A stretch of DNA of 64,000 nucleotides from an uncultured Pseudomonadales bacterium (lineage in GTDB: Bacteria; Patescibacteriota; Microgenomatia; UBA1400; MFAQ01). Of the stretch, positions 38,504-48,450 are shown piece after piece. The first letter of the stretch is position 1. Each line of letters begins with the position of its first letter. The stretch spans positions 10,411 to 74,410 of the forward strand of contig CAZGSP010000039.1 in NCBI GenBank assembly GCA_964528565.1. Reading direction: 5' to 3'. Made by a program: the position numbers and the translations under genes. Below the pieces are notes generated by a model, which did no database searches, was not told where the DNA came from, and was given only the letters and a program-made list of their open reading frames with translations.

Positions 38504-40186
38504 TTATGGCTTGGTCTTGAGGACTCTAAAAAGAATTTTATGATCGGGGGTTTCGATCTGACGGAAATGTTCGACATTTGAGCCGGCGATATCGTATTGT
38601 CTATTGATATTACCCTCGGAGCCAATAAAAAGGGTGTCTTTCTGGGTGTTCATATCGGAATCTCCAAACTGGTGGAACTCCACGTTGCCGATCTTATCAA
38701 CACGTCCAACATCCAAACCGCCACTGACGAAGTCGTTGTTAGCTTGATATGTGGCGGGGTCGTAGGCGGTATAAAAAACATAATAGATATATGGCTGGCC
38801 AAAGACATCGGTGAAAACAATTTTTTTGGCGGGATAGTCTTTGATGGCTTGGACTACCTGTTTGTAGCCATAATTAAACTCCGAGGCAAAAACCGTTTGG
38901 CTATGGAAGAAATAAACATCAAAGGTGTAGAAGGTGAGGAGAACATACAAAGCCACCAGTGGTATGGAGAAGTATTTTAAAATTGAAAGACAATAATACG
39001 TACCGATACCGGAAATAATGGCTAGTGGTACGGTCATAAATAAAGCCCGAACGGTAGAAAATTCCGCAAGTGTTAATGAGGCGGGGATGGGGGCAATGAG
39101 TAACAGACCCAGGATGATCAAAGGTGTCTTATCAAATCCCTCGTGCGTACCGTTAACTATTAATCTCGATAGATAGATCAAACCGAAGATAAGCCAGATA
39201 AATTCGAGGGGGTTCAAGATTCCCAGAGATGGAACGTGTCCCCTCTCGGTAATGGTGGGACCCTCGTAAAAAAGTACTTCCGGTGAAAAATGGTAAACAT
39301 ACCTGGACAGAACCAGCGAGGTCGAGAGCTGAAGCTGGTTGTGAAATAACGGAATGGTCCCGGAGCCCGCGCCGTCGATCGGTGCCAATTTGGCAGTGAG
39401 ATCCGGCTTGTAGTTGAAAATACTCAGGGTGCTAAGCCTGTTCCCGGCACTGCCCAAAATCGAACCAAAGAAGATCCAAAGTCCGAAAAGAACAAAGGGT
39501 GCAAGAAGTAATAATTTTTTAGGTTTAAGGTAAACTGGAATTTGTTGCCAAAAATCTTTCCGGTAAATAGCTAGAAATAAAAGAAAAACGAGTGGAGTAA
39601 GAAGTTTGGCGGCTTGATACATGGCCAGGGAAAGGCAGGCAAATAGCAAAGACGGAAAAATGGACGAACTCCCCTTGAGGAATCTAAGGAAGTAATACAA
39701 AGCAAAAATGGTCAGTGTGGTAAATACATTCACTTCCCACGCGCCATGACTAAAATGGACATGCCAAGGCGAAATAGCCAGTGCGAGGGCGGCGAGGTCC
39801 CAGGGGAACAACTCAAAGCCGAGGATTTTAAAACCTTTTGTCTTTGAATCAATAAAAATTTCTTTGGTTAGGAGATAGACTCCCCAGATGGCCAAAATAC
39901 CGGCAAGAGCGCTAGGAAAGCGGACTGCAAATTCATTTAAACCAAATATGGCCACCATGGGAACGGTGAGATAAATGTAGGCGCCGGGTTTGTAATCACC
40001 AAAACTTTTGAAAATAAGGGGGAGAAAAGCGCCGTGCTCGTCCCTGCCGGTCTTGAGAATGGAATAGGCGTTGTAACCAATGGCCGCTTCATCCCAGGTA
40101 AGCCCGTTGGGAACAGCTGACAACATCCATAGCCTAAGAAAAGATCCGATGACCAACGCAATAATTAGAATAAGGTATTTCTTCAT
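38504..40186 (-). CDS. GT-C ArnT/PMT-like glycosyltransferase (tandem array member)
   Basis: WDEAAIGYNAYSILKTGRDEHG, SFGDYKP and SPWH motifs. Confidence 0.85.
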   Translation of the reverse strand: MKKYLILIIALVIGSFLRLWMLSAVPNGLTWDEAAIGYNAYSILKTGRDEHGAFLPLIFKSFGDYKPGAYIYLTVPMVAIFGLNEFAVRFPSALAGILAIWGVYLLTKEIFIDSKTKGFKILGFELFPWDLAALALAISPWHVHFSHGAWEVNVFTTLTIFALYYFLRFLKGSSSIFPSLLFACLSLAMYQAAKLLTPLVFLLFLAIYRKDFWQQIPVYLKPKKLLLLAPFVLFGLWIFFGSILGSAGNRLSTLSIFNYKPDLTAKLAPIDGAGSGTIPLFHNQLQLSTSLVLSRYVYHFSPEVLFYEGPTITERGHVPSLGILNPLEFIWLIFGLIYLSRLIVNGTHEGFDKTPLIILGLLLIAPIPASLTLAEFSTVRALFMTVPLAIISGIGTYYCLSILKYFSIPLVALYVLLTFYTFDVYFFHSQTVFASEFNYGYKQVVQAIKDYPAKKIVFTDVFGQPYIYYVFYTAYDPATYQANNDFVSGGLDVGRVDKIGNVEFHQFGDSDMNTQKDTLFIGSEGNINRQYDIAGSNVEHFRQIETPDHKILFRVLKTKP

Positions 40187-41877
40187 GGTACAGAGGTAAT
40201 TGTAAACGCCGGGGAGCCATCCAGGAAGTTAATCGTTTCGATCACGTGGGCATTGACCGGAACGTGGTCCGGCGAGGTAACTAGCAGACCCCTGGCAGTC
40301 GAGATCTCTTGTCCACTTTCAATAGGCAAGGAATTTATCCCTATGGTGGGGATTTGCCAATCGTTGACAAAATAAACGTTATCAATCTTGTCCGTCCAGA
40401 ACCAATCGGACTTTTCATAACGGATGTTCTCCGGTCCCGGTTGGAGCTTTTCGGGAGACAGCCCGGTAAAGAAAACATAGAAAATATGCGGTTCGCCGTA
40501 ACGTTTGGTGATAAAGATGCGGTCGTATTCCGACCAGTGCTCCGAGATATAATCCATGACTTGTTCGTAACCATACTGCCAGGAAGAAGAGAACTTGGTC
40601 TTGTAATCACCTGCGTATTGTCCCAGGTAATAGCCGAAGGAAAGTAAGGTCCAGAGAGAAAAAAGAGAGACAAAAATCAATTGTCTCTTTTCTGGTATGA
40701 GGACCAAAAGCCTGGCCAGACCCAAACAAGCCAAAATAACAACTGCGGGTATCATGGGATTTGGCCGGAGAGCTTGGGGCGGATCAATGGTCAGGCTGGC
40801 GGCGACGGGGGAAAGGAATAACCAGGCATAGAGCATTTGGAAGGCCTTGTCACTTTTGACGTGAGGTAGATAGAAAATGAAACCCAAAAGAGCCAGAAGG
40901 AAGACCGGAAGGGTCAGCAGGTTTTCCTTGGGAATAGCAAACTGGTATTGGGCTCCCCACTTTTGAGAAAAGAAATCCGGAGAGAAATAGCCGAGATAGT
41001 TCTTCGAGAAAATAGTGAGGAAATAAACGGGCCGGTTGTAAATAAGTCTGGCCACAAGTGAAGGAAGGGGGCTTTGGGCTCTATTTTCTCCGATTTGAAA
41101 GACTGATGAGGGCGAAAGAATTTTTAGTTTGTCATAACGGGCCGTCCCCTCTCCTAAATATACTTGAAAGATAACGAGGCCGGAGAAGAGCAATGCCATG
41201 AATATCGATAGACCGGTTTTGAAATTTATCTTTATTTTGGGCCGGTAGATTAAAAAGGACAAGATCACCATGAGAGGGACAAAGACCCTGGCTGTGTTGT
41301 AAGTATGCAAAGATAAACCAAGTAAAACGACGGAGGGTAGAATGGAGGCCTTATTCCCAAAAAATTTTAGTAAGAAATAAAATCCGAAGATGATGAGGGT
41401 CAGAGATAAGTTGGCTTCCAGTGCCGGTCTGGAGATAAAAAAGTGCCAGGGAAGAATGGCTAGTAACAAAGCGGTTAGAAAGCCAAGATTTATTTTGCGC
41501 TTAAATAAATTTTGGGAAAGGTTGGGGAAAATCTCATTGGTCAGTAAATATATACCGGGAATAGCAAGAGTACCCGCAAAGGCAGAGATAAACCTGACAG
41601 CAAAGGCATTGAGGCCAAAAAGCCAAACCGGAATAACCGAAAGATAGATATATAGAGGAAGTTTGAAATCGCCAAAGGCGCGGAAAATTAGCGGAAAGGT
41701 TTTGCCCCATTCGTCCTTGCCCGTCTGTAAAATCGAAAGGGCGTTGTATCCGTGACTCACTTCGTCCCAGTTTAAAGAGACGGGTAATGATCCAAGTTTC
41801 CAAAATCTTAAGATACCGCTGACTATCGTCAGAATGAGGAGGACTAAAAAGCTATGGTTTTTAAAAATGGACTTCAT
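40183..41877 (-). CDS. GT-C ArnT/PMT-like glycosyltransferase (tandem array member)
   Basis: WDEVSHGYNALSILQTGKDEWG, AFGDFKLP, PWH and WQYG motifs. Confidence 0.85.
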   Translation of the reverse strand: MKSIFKNHSFLVLLILTIVSGILRFWKLGSLPVSLNWDEVSHGYNALSILQTGKDEWGKTFPLIFRAFGDFKLPLYIYLSVIPVWLFGLNAFAVRFISAFAGTLAIPGIYLLTNEIFPNLSQNLFKRKINLGFLTALLLAILPWHFFISRPALEANLSLTLIIFGFYFLLKFFGNKASILPSVVLLGLSLHTYNTARVFVPLMVILSFLIYRPKIKINFKTGLSIFMALLFSGLVIFQVYLGEGTARYDKLKILSPSSVFQIGENRAQSPLPSLVARLIYNRPVYFLTIFSKNYLGYFSPDFFSQKWGAQYQFAIPKENLLTLPVFLLALLGFIFYLPHVKSDKAFQMLYAWLFLSPVAASLTIDPPQALRPNPMIPAVVILACLGLARLLVLIPEKRQLIFVSLFSLWTLLSFGYYLGQYAGDYKTKFSSSWQYGYEQVMDYISEHWSEYDRIFITKRYGEPHIFYVFFTGLSPEKLQPGPENIRYEKSDWFWTDKIDNVYFVNDWQIPTIGINSLPIESGQEISTARGLLVTSPDHVPVNAHVIETINFLDGSPAFTITSVP

Positions 41878-43558
41878 AGAATAACGGCTCTCCCGAGGGT
41901 AAGTATATTATGGCATCTTTTATGGCCGTGGAGTCGATGTCGGTACCTTCGACTTCCGCCCTGGTTAGGAAATAGATGGCGCCGGGAAGTGAGTTCTCCC
42001 GGACATTCTTTGAATCTACCAGGTTGGCAATGTATAGCTCCGAATCCCCTATCCGATTGCCTTCCAAATTATTTCTACCTTGAGTTGAAGTGAAAGCAAG
42101 ATCGTTTTTGACAAAGTTTTGGAAACGCTTGGGGTCGAATTCGGTGTAGAACAAATAGAACATGAGGGGAGGATCGTACTTTGGTGAAATAATGATCGGC
42201 CGACCGGGGTGTTTCTGGGCCAACTCAACAACTTCTTTTAATCCGGCACTAAAAGCTCTCTCCGAACTGTAACGATAATGGAACCAGTAATCATGAATAA
42301 AGAAAACCGATTCCAAAAGAATAAGGCCAACAAAAAAGTAAAATAACGATTTTCGGTTACTGTATAGATAAGAAAGGGCGAGACCCGAAATAATTACCGT
42401 CGGCTGTAACATCATGAACGAACGGCTGGCGTGACCGGCACCATCCCGGGTGATCGCCGAAGTGGAAACGGCGATCATCGTTAACAAACCCAATACCAGA
42501 AGAAGGCGGTCATGCCGGTGACGGATTAAGAAAAATATGCCGATCAGTAATAACGGCCCCATAGATCGGTAAAGCATTCCCGATCCGGCCGGTGAATGTC
42601 GAAGATTGGGATCCCCTTTCGTAAAGAGGAAGTCTGTAGAAAAGAGACCAAAAACATTATTAATGAGATTGCCGGCAAACCAGAAAGGTTTATTGTGGAA
42701 GAATTTAGTAGGGATCGAGGGTGAGGAACCGACGGGGGCACCGGGACCGATATCCAGTTGGCGCTGGAAATTAATTTCTGTCGCGGCCGTAGGATCGGAA
42801 AATATGGAAATATAATCGAACCGGGCGGTTGTTCCGCCTCCAACGAACATGATCACCAGAGGAATGAACATTGCCAAAAGAGCAATTTTGACCGAAAGGC
42901 TCTTTTTGAATAATTCAAACGATCCGGGGAGCAGAAGTAAAACCACCGGATATGCGATAACGGACATTTTGGCCGTGTTGTAAACCATGGGCGAAAGGCC
43001 TAAAAACAAAACCGAGAGATATAAATAGGTATTTTTTCTTTTGATCAAAAATTCGGTAAAGAAATAAAAACCCGCCGTAACAAAGAAATAAAGCATCGCC
43101 AGGGCAAAACCGATCCGTGAATAAGTGAAATGCCAGGGAACGAGAGTCAGGATCAGAGCCCCAAACAGACCGGCGTGAGGGAGATCCAGATCAAATAGTT
43201 TCTTGGATGAAAGATTTCCGATCAATAAATAAGTGAAGAGAATTCCTAATAAGCCAAAAAGTGCCGGAACAAGACGGATGGAAAGATCCAAGGGGACACT
43301 TAGAAGGTGGGCTAGGGCAATCAAATATATTGGAATGGGTGGTTGAACATCACTGAAGGAATGGAATTGAACAGGCAGACAAAAACCGGAATAATCACAC
43401 CCCGTCTTAATGAGAGACAGGGCTTGATAGCCCATATCCACTTCATCGGAGTAAAGACTGATAGGATTTAGGAGGAGTCCATAAAGCCTGAGAGCTCCGC
43501 CAAGCAAGACCACCAGGATCAATGGCCAATACTTGAGTGGTAGTTCTTTTATTTTCAT
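41861..43558 (-). CDS. GT-C ArnT/PMT-like glycosyltransferase (tandem array member)
   Basis: SDEVDMGYQALSLIKTGCDYSG, PWHFTYSR and GDPNLRH motifs. Confidence 0.82.
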   Translation of the reverse strand: MKIKELPLKYWPLILVVLLGGALRLYGLLLNPISLYSDEVDMGYQALSLIKTGCDYSGFCLPVQFHSFSDVQPPIPIYLIALAHLLSVPLDLSIRLVPALFGLLGILFTYLLIGNLSSKKLFDLDLPHAGLFGALILTLVPWHFTYSRIGFALAMLYFFVTAGFYFFTEFLIKRKNTYLYLSVLFLGLSPMVYNTAKMSVIAYPVVLLLLPGSFELFKKSLSVKIALLAMFIPLVIMFVGGGTTARFDYISIFSDPTAATEINFQRQLDIGPGAPVGSSPSIPTKFFHNKPFWFAGNLINNVFGLFSTDFLFTKGDPNLRHSPAGSGMLYRSMGPLLLIGIFFLIRHRHDRLLLVLGLLTMIAVSTSAITRDGAGHASRSFMMLQPTVIISGLALSYLYSNRKSLFYFFVGLILLESVFFIHDYWFHYRYSSERAFSAGLKEVVELAQKHPGRPIIISPKYDPPLMFYLFYTEFDPKRFQNFVKNDLAFTSTQGRNNLEGNRIGDSELYIANLVDSKNVRENSLPGAIYFLTRAEVEGTDIDSTAIKDAIIYLPSGEPLFYEVHF

Positions 43559-45231
43559 TTGGATTGTGGGTTGGTTCTTAATATTCTGATGGCAACATCT
43601 CCATTAGGTAGTTTCACTTCCTTTATTATAGAGAGGTGGTGTTCCGCTATCTGGACCGGCCCGATAGCAATATTTTCGGCTACGATATACTGATCGACGT
43701 GATCGGTATCTATACCCCATTGAAAGTTCTTGACGGTGATTCTTCCGAGATTTTTGGTGGGGTTCCGTTCCATGTTTATGTAATACTCGTCTAACGGTAC
43801 TTCGAAGTTGTCTTTTTGATAAATGGCCGGGTCATATTTCATAAAAAATAACATTAAGATATAGGCGTCACCACGGGACCCGTCAACGATCACCGGCAAT
43901 GTGGTGTCCAGTTTGGGAATTTCTTCTGCTATCTGCTCCCATCCATAGTTCCAATAAGTGGACGTAAAATGGTCATTTAAATAAAAAATGGAAATAAACA
44001 TTTGAGTCGAAGAAAATAGAATTAAAATACCCAGAACGAGAAGTTTGTATTTGTTGAGTGCCGGCAAAATAATCTCCCAGAGTTTAATAAGGCCGAAGGA
44101 AATAAGTATGGTTTGGGGAATAACCAACGAGAGAGCTCTTAGGGTTGAATAGGGGTCCCTGGTGAGAGCTGCCGGCACCGGAGAAATAAGAAGTAGAACA
44201 AAAGTAAATATTTTTAAACCTTTACGATCTTTTTCTTTAATTAAAAAGTAAAGACCGGCAAGATAAAACAGAAGCAACCAGGGGAAAAAGGTACCCATAT
44301 CGGGATACGGCTTCCTGGGTCCGGAGTCCCCTAATTGAAACATATACCGGGGGGATAGATAAGAGGAATAAAGTGAAAAAAATTCTTTGGCTGAGAGCGT
44401 CTGAGGAATATTGACAATTCTCCGGAGAGTTGAACCGTCTTCTTTTAAACCCCAAGGATTTTGACGGGACGAAAGAATATTTAGACTGGAAGTGCGGGCT
44501 TGGAATCCCGGAGTCCTCATTATCGTGAGCATGGGTACGACAAGAACAAAACCAAGAATAAAGCTGATGATGACGGGGATGATAAAAGTCTTTTTGCCAG
44601 CCAAGAGTTCTTTGTAATGTCCGATTGCCAGAGCCAGTACCAAAACGGGGACTATTAATGTTTCGGCCCGGTAGGCCGAAAAGGATAACGCATAAAAAAT
44701 CGCAGAAGCAACAAACAACCATGGCCTCTTGAGAGCATAAAAGAACATTAAGGAGCCGAGGATTAGGAGAAAGAGAGCAACGTTTGTTTCGTAGGCGGTA
44801 CGGCTATAAGCAATATGCCAGGGAGAAACAGCAAGGAAAAAGGTGGAAATCAAAGCTAAGATGCTTCCATATTTTTCCGTCGAAATTTTCTTCACCAAAA
44901 AATACAGGAGAGGAATCGTGAGAATTCCAAGAATGACGGAGGGCAAACGAACAGAAAGAGGGTTTAGTCCAAAAACCGCTATAACCGGTACGGTGATATA
45001 GGTATATACAGGACTTTGAAAGGTAGCGAAGGAACGAAACATGGCCGGAAATGATTTCCCAAATTCATCTTTGCCTGTTTGGAGAATTGAGTAAGCGTTA
45101 TAGCCTAGTGCCGCCTCATCGACATAAAAACCTTTAGGTGTTTCTCCGATCCGGTACAGCCGGAAAAAGCCGGCTATAAGGATAATGAGTATCAATAATA
45201 GTGCCGGTAAATACCTGAAGGAGAATTTCAT
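43555..45231 (-). CDS. GT-C ArnT/PMT-like glycosyltransferase (tandem array member)
   Basis: VDEAALGYNAYSILQTGKDEFG, SPWHIAYSR and WNYG motifs. Confidence 0.85.
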   Translation of the reverse strand: MKFSFRYLPALLLILIILIAGFFRLYRIGETPKGFYVDEAALGYNAYSILQTGKDEFGKSFPAMFRSFATFQSPVYTYITVPVIAVFGLNPLSVRLPSVILGILTIPLLYFLVKKISTEKYGSILALISTFFLAVSPWHIAYSRTAYETNVALFLLILGSLMFFYALKRPWLFVASAIFYALSFSAYRAETLIVPVLVLALAIGHYKELLAGKKTFIIPVIISFILGFVLVVPMLTIMRTPGFQARTSSLNILSSRQNPWGLKEDGSTLRRIVNIPQTLSAKEFFSLYSSYLSPRYMFQLGDSGPRKPYPDMGTFFPWLLLFYLAGLYFLIKEKDRKGLKIFTFVLLLISPVPAALTRDPYSTLRALSLVIPQTILISFGLIKLWEIILPALNKYKLLVLGILILFSSTQMFISIFYLNDHFTSTYWNYGWEQIAEEIPKLDTTLPVIVDGSRGDAYILMLFFMKYDPAIYQKDNFEVPLDEYYINMERNPTKNLGRITVKNFQWGIDTDHVDQYIVAENIAIGPVQIAEHHLSIIKEVKLPNGDVAIRILRTNPQSK

Positions 45232-46049
45232 GATCGATAGATAATTATCCGAGCTAATTCAATAAATGAAATCAGAACAAAGACTACAGAAAAAATCAAA
45301 AAATATTTGGCGGATAGGGTCTTTAGTTTTTTCAAACCAAAGATAGACATAATGGAAACCGGAACACACAAGAGAATATCGAACCGATCCTGGTTATTTA
45401 TGAAACTAATTGAAAGCACCATGGCCAGAAAGACACTCACAAGCCAAGCTTTGTCTCGGCTATCTTTTAGGTAGAACAAACCCAAAAGAAAAGGAATAAT
45501 TGCCAGGTAGGAATATTTTATGAGGTTTTGATTGTCCCCCGATTCTCTCGGGTGTAGAGCAAAAAAGTAGTTATTGGGGTCAAGCGAGACAAATAGGTTT
45601 GCCTTGTATTTATTTTGAAAAACAGTGGTTTTGTTTTCAAATATCCGGGCTAGGTTACGATTTGGGATCAGGGAAATTTTCTTAATTAAAGTATCTTTGG
45701 CTAAGGGATCGGGGGTGAAGATGGAATAAGCGTAAAAAGTCTTCCAGGAGAAAAGGGAAACGAGAAACAATAGAAAAGAAAAAATAAAGAGTCCGGTTTT
45801 GTCGAAGTTCTTAATGTTTAATAAAAAGATGAGAAAGGGAATCAATAAGTAGGCCGGGTGAATCAAAGGCAGTAGCAGATATATAAAGTAACGTAATTTG
45901 TTGCCGGTGCGAAACAAAAAGTAATCGAGGAGAACTAATGAGGCGGCCAGAATGAACGGAACCCAGGAATCGGAATTGGATAAAATAAAGGAAAGGGGCC
46001 AGAAGGCCAGTATCAAAACAGCCGAGATCCAAAATAAAAACGTTTTCAT
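45228..46049 (-). CDS. Short membrane protein similar to the C-terminal half of the neighbouring GT-C paralogues
   Basis: 273 aa. LARIFENK...NLFVSLDPNNYFF matches the neighbours' 'K.xHN...NYL...SP.FLF' loop. No DE...GYNA loop. Confidence 0.55.
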   Translation of the reverse strand: MKTFLFWISAVLILAFWPLSFILSNSDSWVPFILAASLVLLDYFLFRTGNKLRYFIYLLLPLIHPAYLLIPFLIFLLNIKNFDKTGLFIFSFLLFLVSLFSWKTFYAYSIFTPDPLAKDTLIKKISLIPNRNLARIFENKTTVFQNKYKANLFVSLDPNNYFFALHPRESGDNQNLIKYSYLAIIPFLLGLFYLKDSRDKAWLVSVFLAMVLSISFINNQDRFDILLCVPVSIMSIFGLKKLKTLSAKYFLIFSVVFVLISFIELARIIIYRS

Positions 46050-46072
46050 GTTAACTAGACAAATTATATGCG

Positions 46073-47764
46073 TTATCTATCCGAAATAGCATAAAGTCCT
46101 GAAGAATTATTAAGGAAAGGCGCGTAAGCTTTTTGGTTTTGGGAATCAATCAATTCTTTCGGGATACTCCAAGGGCTGGAAATATAAAGATTGTTCCGGG
46201 TGTGATCAATATCCGGCCAGTTTATAGGGCCAAAAAAATAATTCTCGAAATCGGTTCCACCGGTATTCCTGACGGAGCCGGTATTGTATGAGGACGGATC
46301 GTATTGCGAATAAAAAAGAAAGTATAAATAAGGAACACCGTAAGTATATGGACCATCCGTGCCAAACCGAGGGTCGATATAAACTTTCTCGTATTCCGAG
46401 TGGTGATTTCGTGCGTAGATGGCCATTTGTTTCCAACCATACGATCTGGCTTCCGACAACTCAATGGGATAGTGAAGGGTGTAGTAGTCGACAAACCTCA
46501 GTATTCCCAAAAGATAACCACCAACGACGACTACTGCGAGGAGAGATTTCCAGAAAGTATTCTTAAACTTCCCGTAAACAAATAACATTCCCAAAGAGAT
46601 GAGAATCGAAAAGACGGGAACTATATTTAGAGTGCGCAGAGCGTGTTGACTGTTATTGGTAATGGAGGCAGGAATAAGGGCGATGAAAAACCACACGGCT
46701 AAAACATTTGCCGTAAATTTTCCGGATAAATAATCGGTTACAAATTTGTGTCGGAAGAAAAGTAGAAGTGAACCGATGATCAAAAAGGGGTATTCAATCA
46801 TATAAATTACACCCTGTCCCGGATGACCCGGAGTGGCTAGACCTAAGCCATCGGAAAGGTAAAAATTTGGGGAAAAATACTCTAGGAAACGCTTGTACCA
46901 GAAAGAGATCAGGCCAACAGCAGAGGTAAGCCAAGAGAGGGGATGTCCGGAAATAAAAGGTAATATACCGTTGGTGTAGTCGTAATCTTTCGTTAACAGG
47001 GTCATACCGGCGCGGGTGCCACCGGATCCAAGAATGAAGTTCTTGACGAAAAAAACAGTAATAAAGAATAACGCAAATGAAATGAAGAAAAGAGAATTTT
47101 TCTTGTTGGAATACCAAGAGGTAATACTAGACTTGAAGAATCGGTAATTGGCGAAAATTATAAATAAATTTAACAATGGGACTACGATCTTGGTAGAGTG
47201 ATAAGTAATGGCGGAAAAGTAGGCAAAAATAACCATTAAGAAGAAGTCGGATATTTTTTCCGATCGCCGCCAACGAAAGGTAAAGATCAAATTTAGAAGC
47301 AAAAACGATAATGCCGTAATGGCTTCGAATCCGGAACGGGAAAATGGTACTAGCCACGGAGATAGAGTAAAAATAAAAGTGGCTAAATAAGACAGTTCTG
47401 CCGACTTATTGCTAAAAATGAAACGGCTGATTAAAATCCAAAACAAAAAGACATTTAAGGCAGAAAAAACTGCCACCGGGAGACGGGTGCCCAGCTCGGT
47501 CAAGCCAAACAATTTTATAAAGGGAACTGTCACATAGATGAGTACCGGCGCCTTGTAGTCGCCAACCGACTTAAAAGATATAGGGAGAAAAGACCCCCAC
47601 TCGTCTCTCCCGGTCTTAAGAATTGAGTAGGCATTGTAACCGATTGAGACTTCATCGATCGAAAGAGACGGTGGATATGACGTCAGCTTGTAAAACTGGG
47701 TGAAGAAAACAATGACTCCGATAATTAGCCAAAAAATTATTTTGTAATGATTTTTTCTCATCAT
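46073..47764 (-). CDS. GT-C ArnT/PMT-like glycosyltransferase (tandem array member)
   Basis: IDEVSIGYNAYSILKTGRDEWG, SVGDYKAP, SPW..FSR and HALR motifs. Confidence 0.85.
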   Translation of the reverse strand: MMRKNHYKIIFWLIIGVIVFFTQFYKLTSYPPSLSIDEVSIGYNAYSILKTGRDEWGSFLPISFKSVGDYKAPVLIYVTVPFIKLFGLTELGTRLPVAVFSALNVFLFWILISRFIFSNKSAELSYLATFIFTLSPWLVPFSRSGFEAITALSFLLLNLIFTFRWRRSEKISDFFLMVIFAYFSAITYHSTKIVVPLLNLFIIFANYRFFKSSITSWYSNKKNSLFFISFALFFITVFFVKNFILGSGGTRAGMTLLTKDYDYTNGILPFISGHPLSWLTSAVGLISFWYKRFLEYFSPNFYLSDGLGLATPGHPGQGVIYMIEYPFLIIGSLLLFFRHKFVTDYLSGKFTANVLAVWFFIALIPASITNNSQHALRTLNIVPVFSILISLGMLFVYGKFKNTFWKSLLAVVVVGGYLLGILRFVDYYTLHYPIELSEARSYGWKQMAIYARNHHSEYEKVYIDPRFGTDGPYTYGVPYLYFLFYSQYDPSSYNTGSVRNTGGTDFENYFFGPINWPDIDHTRNNLYISSPWSIPKELIDSQNQKAYAPFLNNSSGLYAISDR

Positions 47765-48450
47765 ATCGGGAAATATGTGGTAACTCTTAAGTGATAGAGA
47801 AGATAGAGGACGTTTAAGATGGCAAAAAATATCGTTGTTTTCCTTGAGGAAGAATAGTATCCCTGAGCCGACAGTAAGGCGAGGAAAAAGATGACGCCGA
47901 AACTATAAAGCATGGCCTGATCTACATAGATGAATCCCGTCAGTAGTAATAAAGAAGATAAGGATATCAAAAACGGGAGGTAAGAATAGCTAATTTTGTG
48001 CTTATTGTGCTTGAAATAGCTATAGATAAAGTAAATATCCCAGGGAAAAAGATAGCCTAAAGGGTAAAAAGAACCGATTTTGTGCCAGAAACCGGAGGCA
48101 AAAATAGCGGCCGGTGAAAGTAATTTGTCGAAATTTTCGATAAAAGAATAGGACAACTCTGTTTTGTTATGAATCAGTTTGGCCACAAAATTTCCGGCAA
48201 AATCGGGGTGCTCGCCTCTTTGAGAGTTGATAGCATTTAGTAGCCCCATATCCAGACCCAGTCTGGGCTTTATGATAAACAAGGAGACTGCCAGAACCAT
48301 AAGAAAAATCAGTAATTGATAACTCTTGGGTTTGGTAAATAAAACATATAAAAGTAAACCCAGGACAAAGGATGTTAAAAGCAAAAAAATACTTTGACCG
48401 GAAAAAAGAATAATGGGTAGCGTGGAGAGATAAAAAACAACGAAGATCAT
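47761..48450 (-). CDS. Short membrane protein similar to the central loop of the neighbouring GT-C paralogues
   Basis: 229 aa. INSQRGEH...AKLIHNK...FIENF...LSPAAIF compares with INFQR...KFFHNK...INNVF..FS in 41861-43558. Confidence 0.55.
   Translation of the reverse strand: MIFVVFYLSTLPIILFSGQSIFLLLTSFVLGLLLYVLFTKPKSYQLLIFLMVLAVSLFIIKPRLGLDMGLLNAINSQRGEHPDFAGNFVAKLIHNKTELSYSFIENFDKLLSPAAIFASGFWHKIGSFYPLGYLFPWDIYFIYSYFKHNKHKISYSYLPFLISLSSLLLLTGFIYVDQAMLYSFGVIFFLALLSAQGYYSSSRKTTIFFAILNVLYLLYHLRVTTYFPI

Noticed and set aside
44237-44722. 161 aa alternate-frame ORF inside a GT-C gene (and similar ones at 33946, 36538 and 12947)
   Set aside because: These are nested in or antisense to intact genes, and I saw no family motifs or sign of a frameshift.
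36866-47764. Possible DNA repeat array, DGR or integron-like cassette array
   Set aside because: The similarity is at protein-motif level only. There is no reverse transcriptase, integrase or attC-like spacer, and the genes overlap directly.
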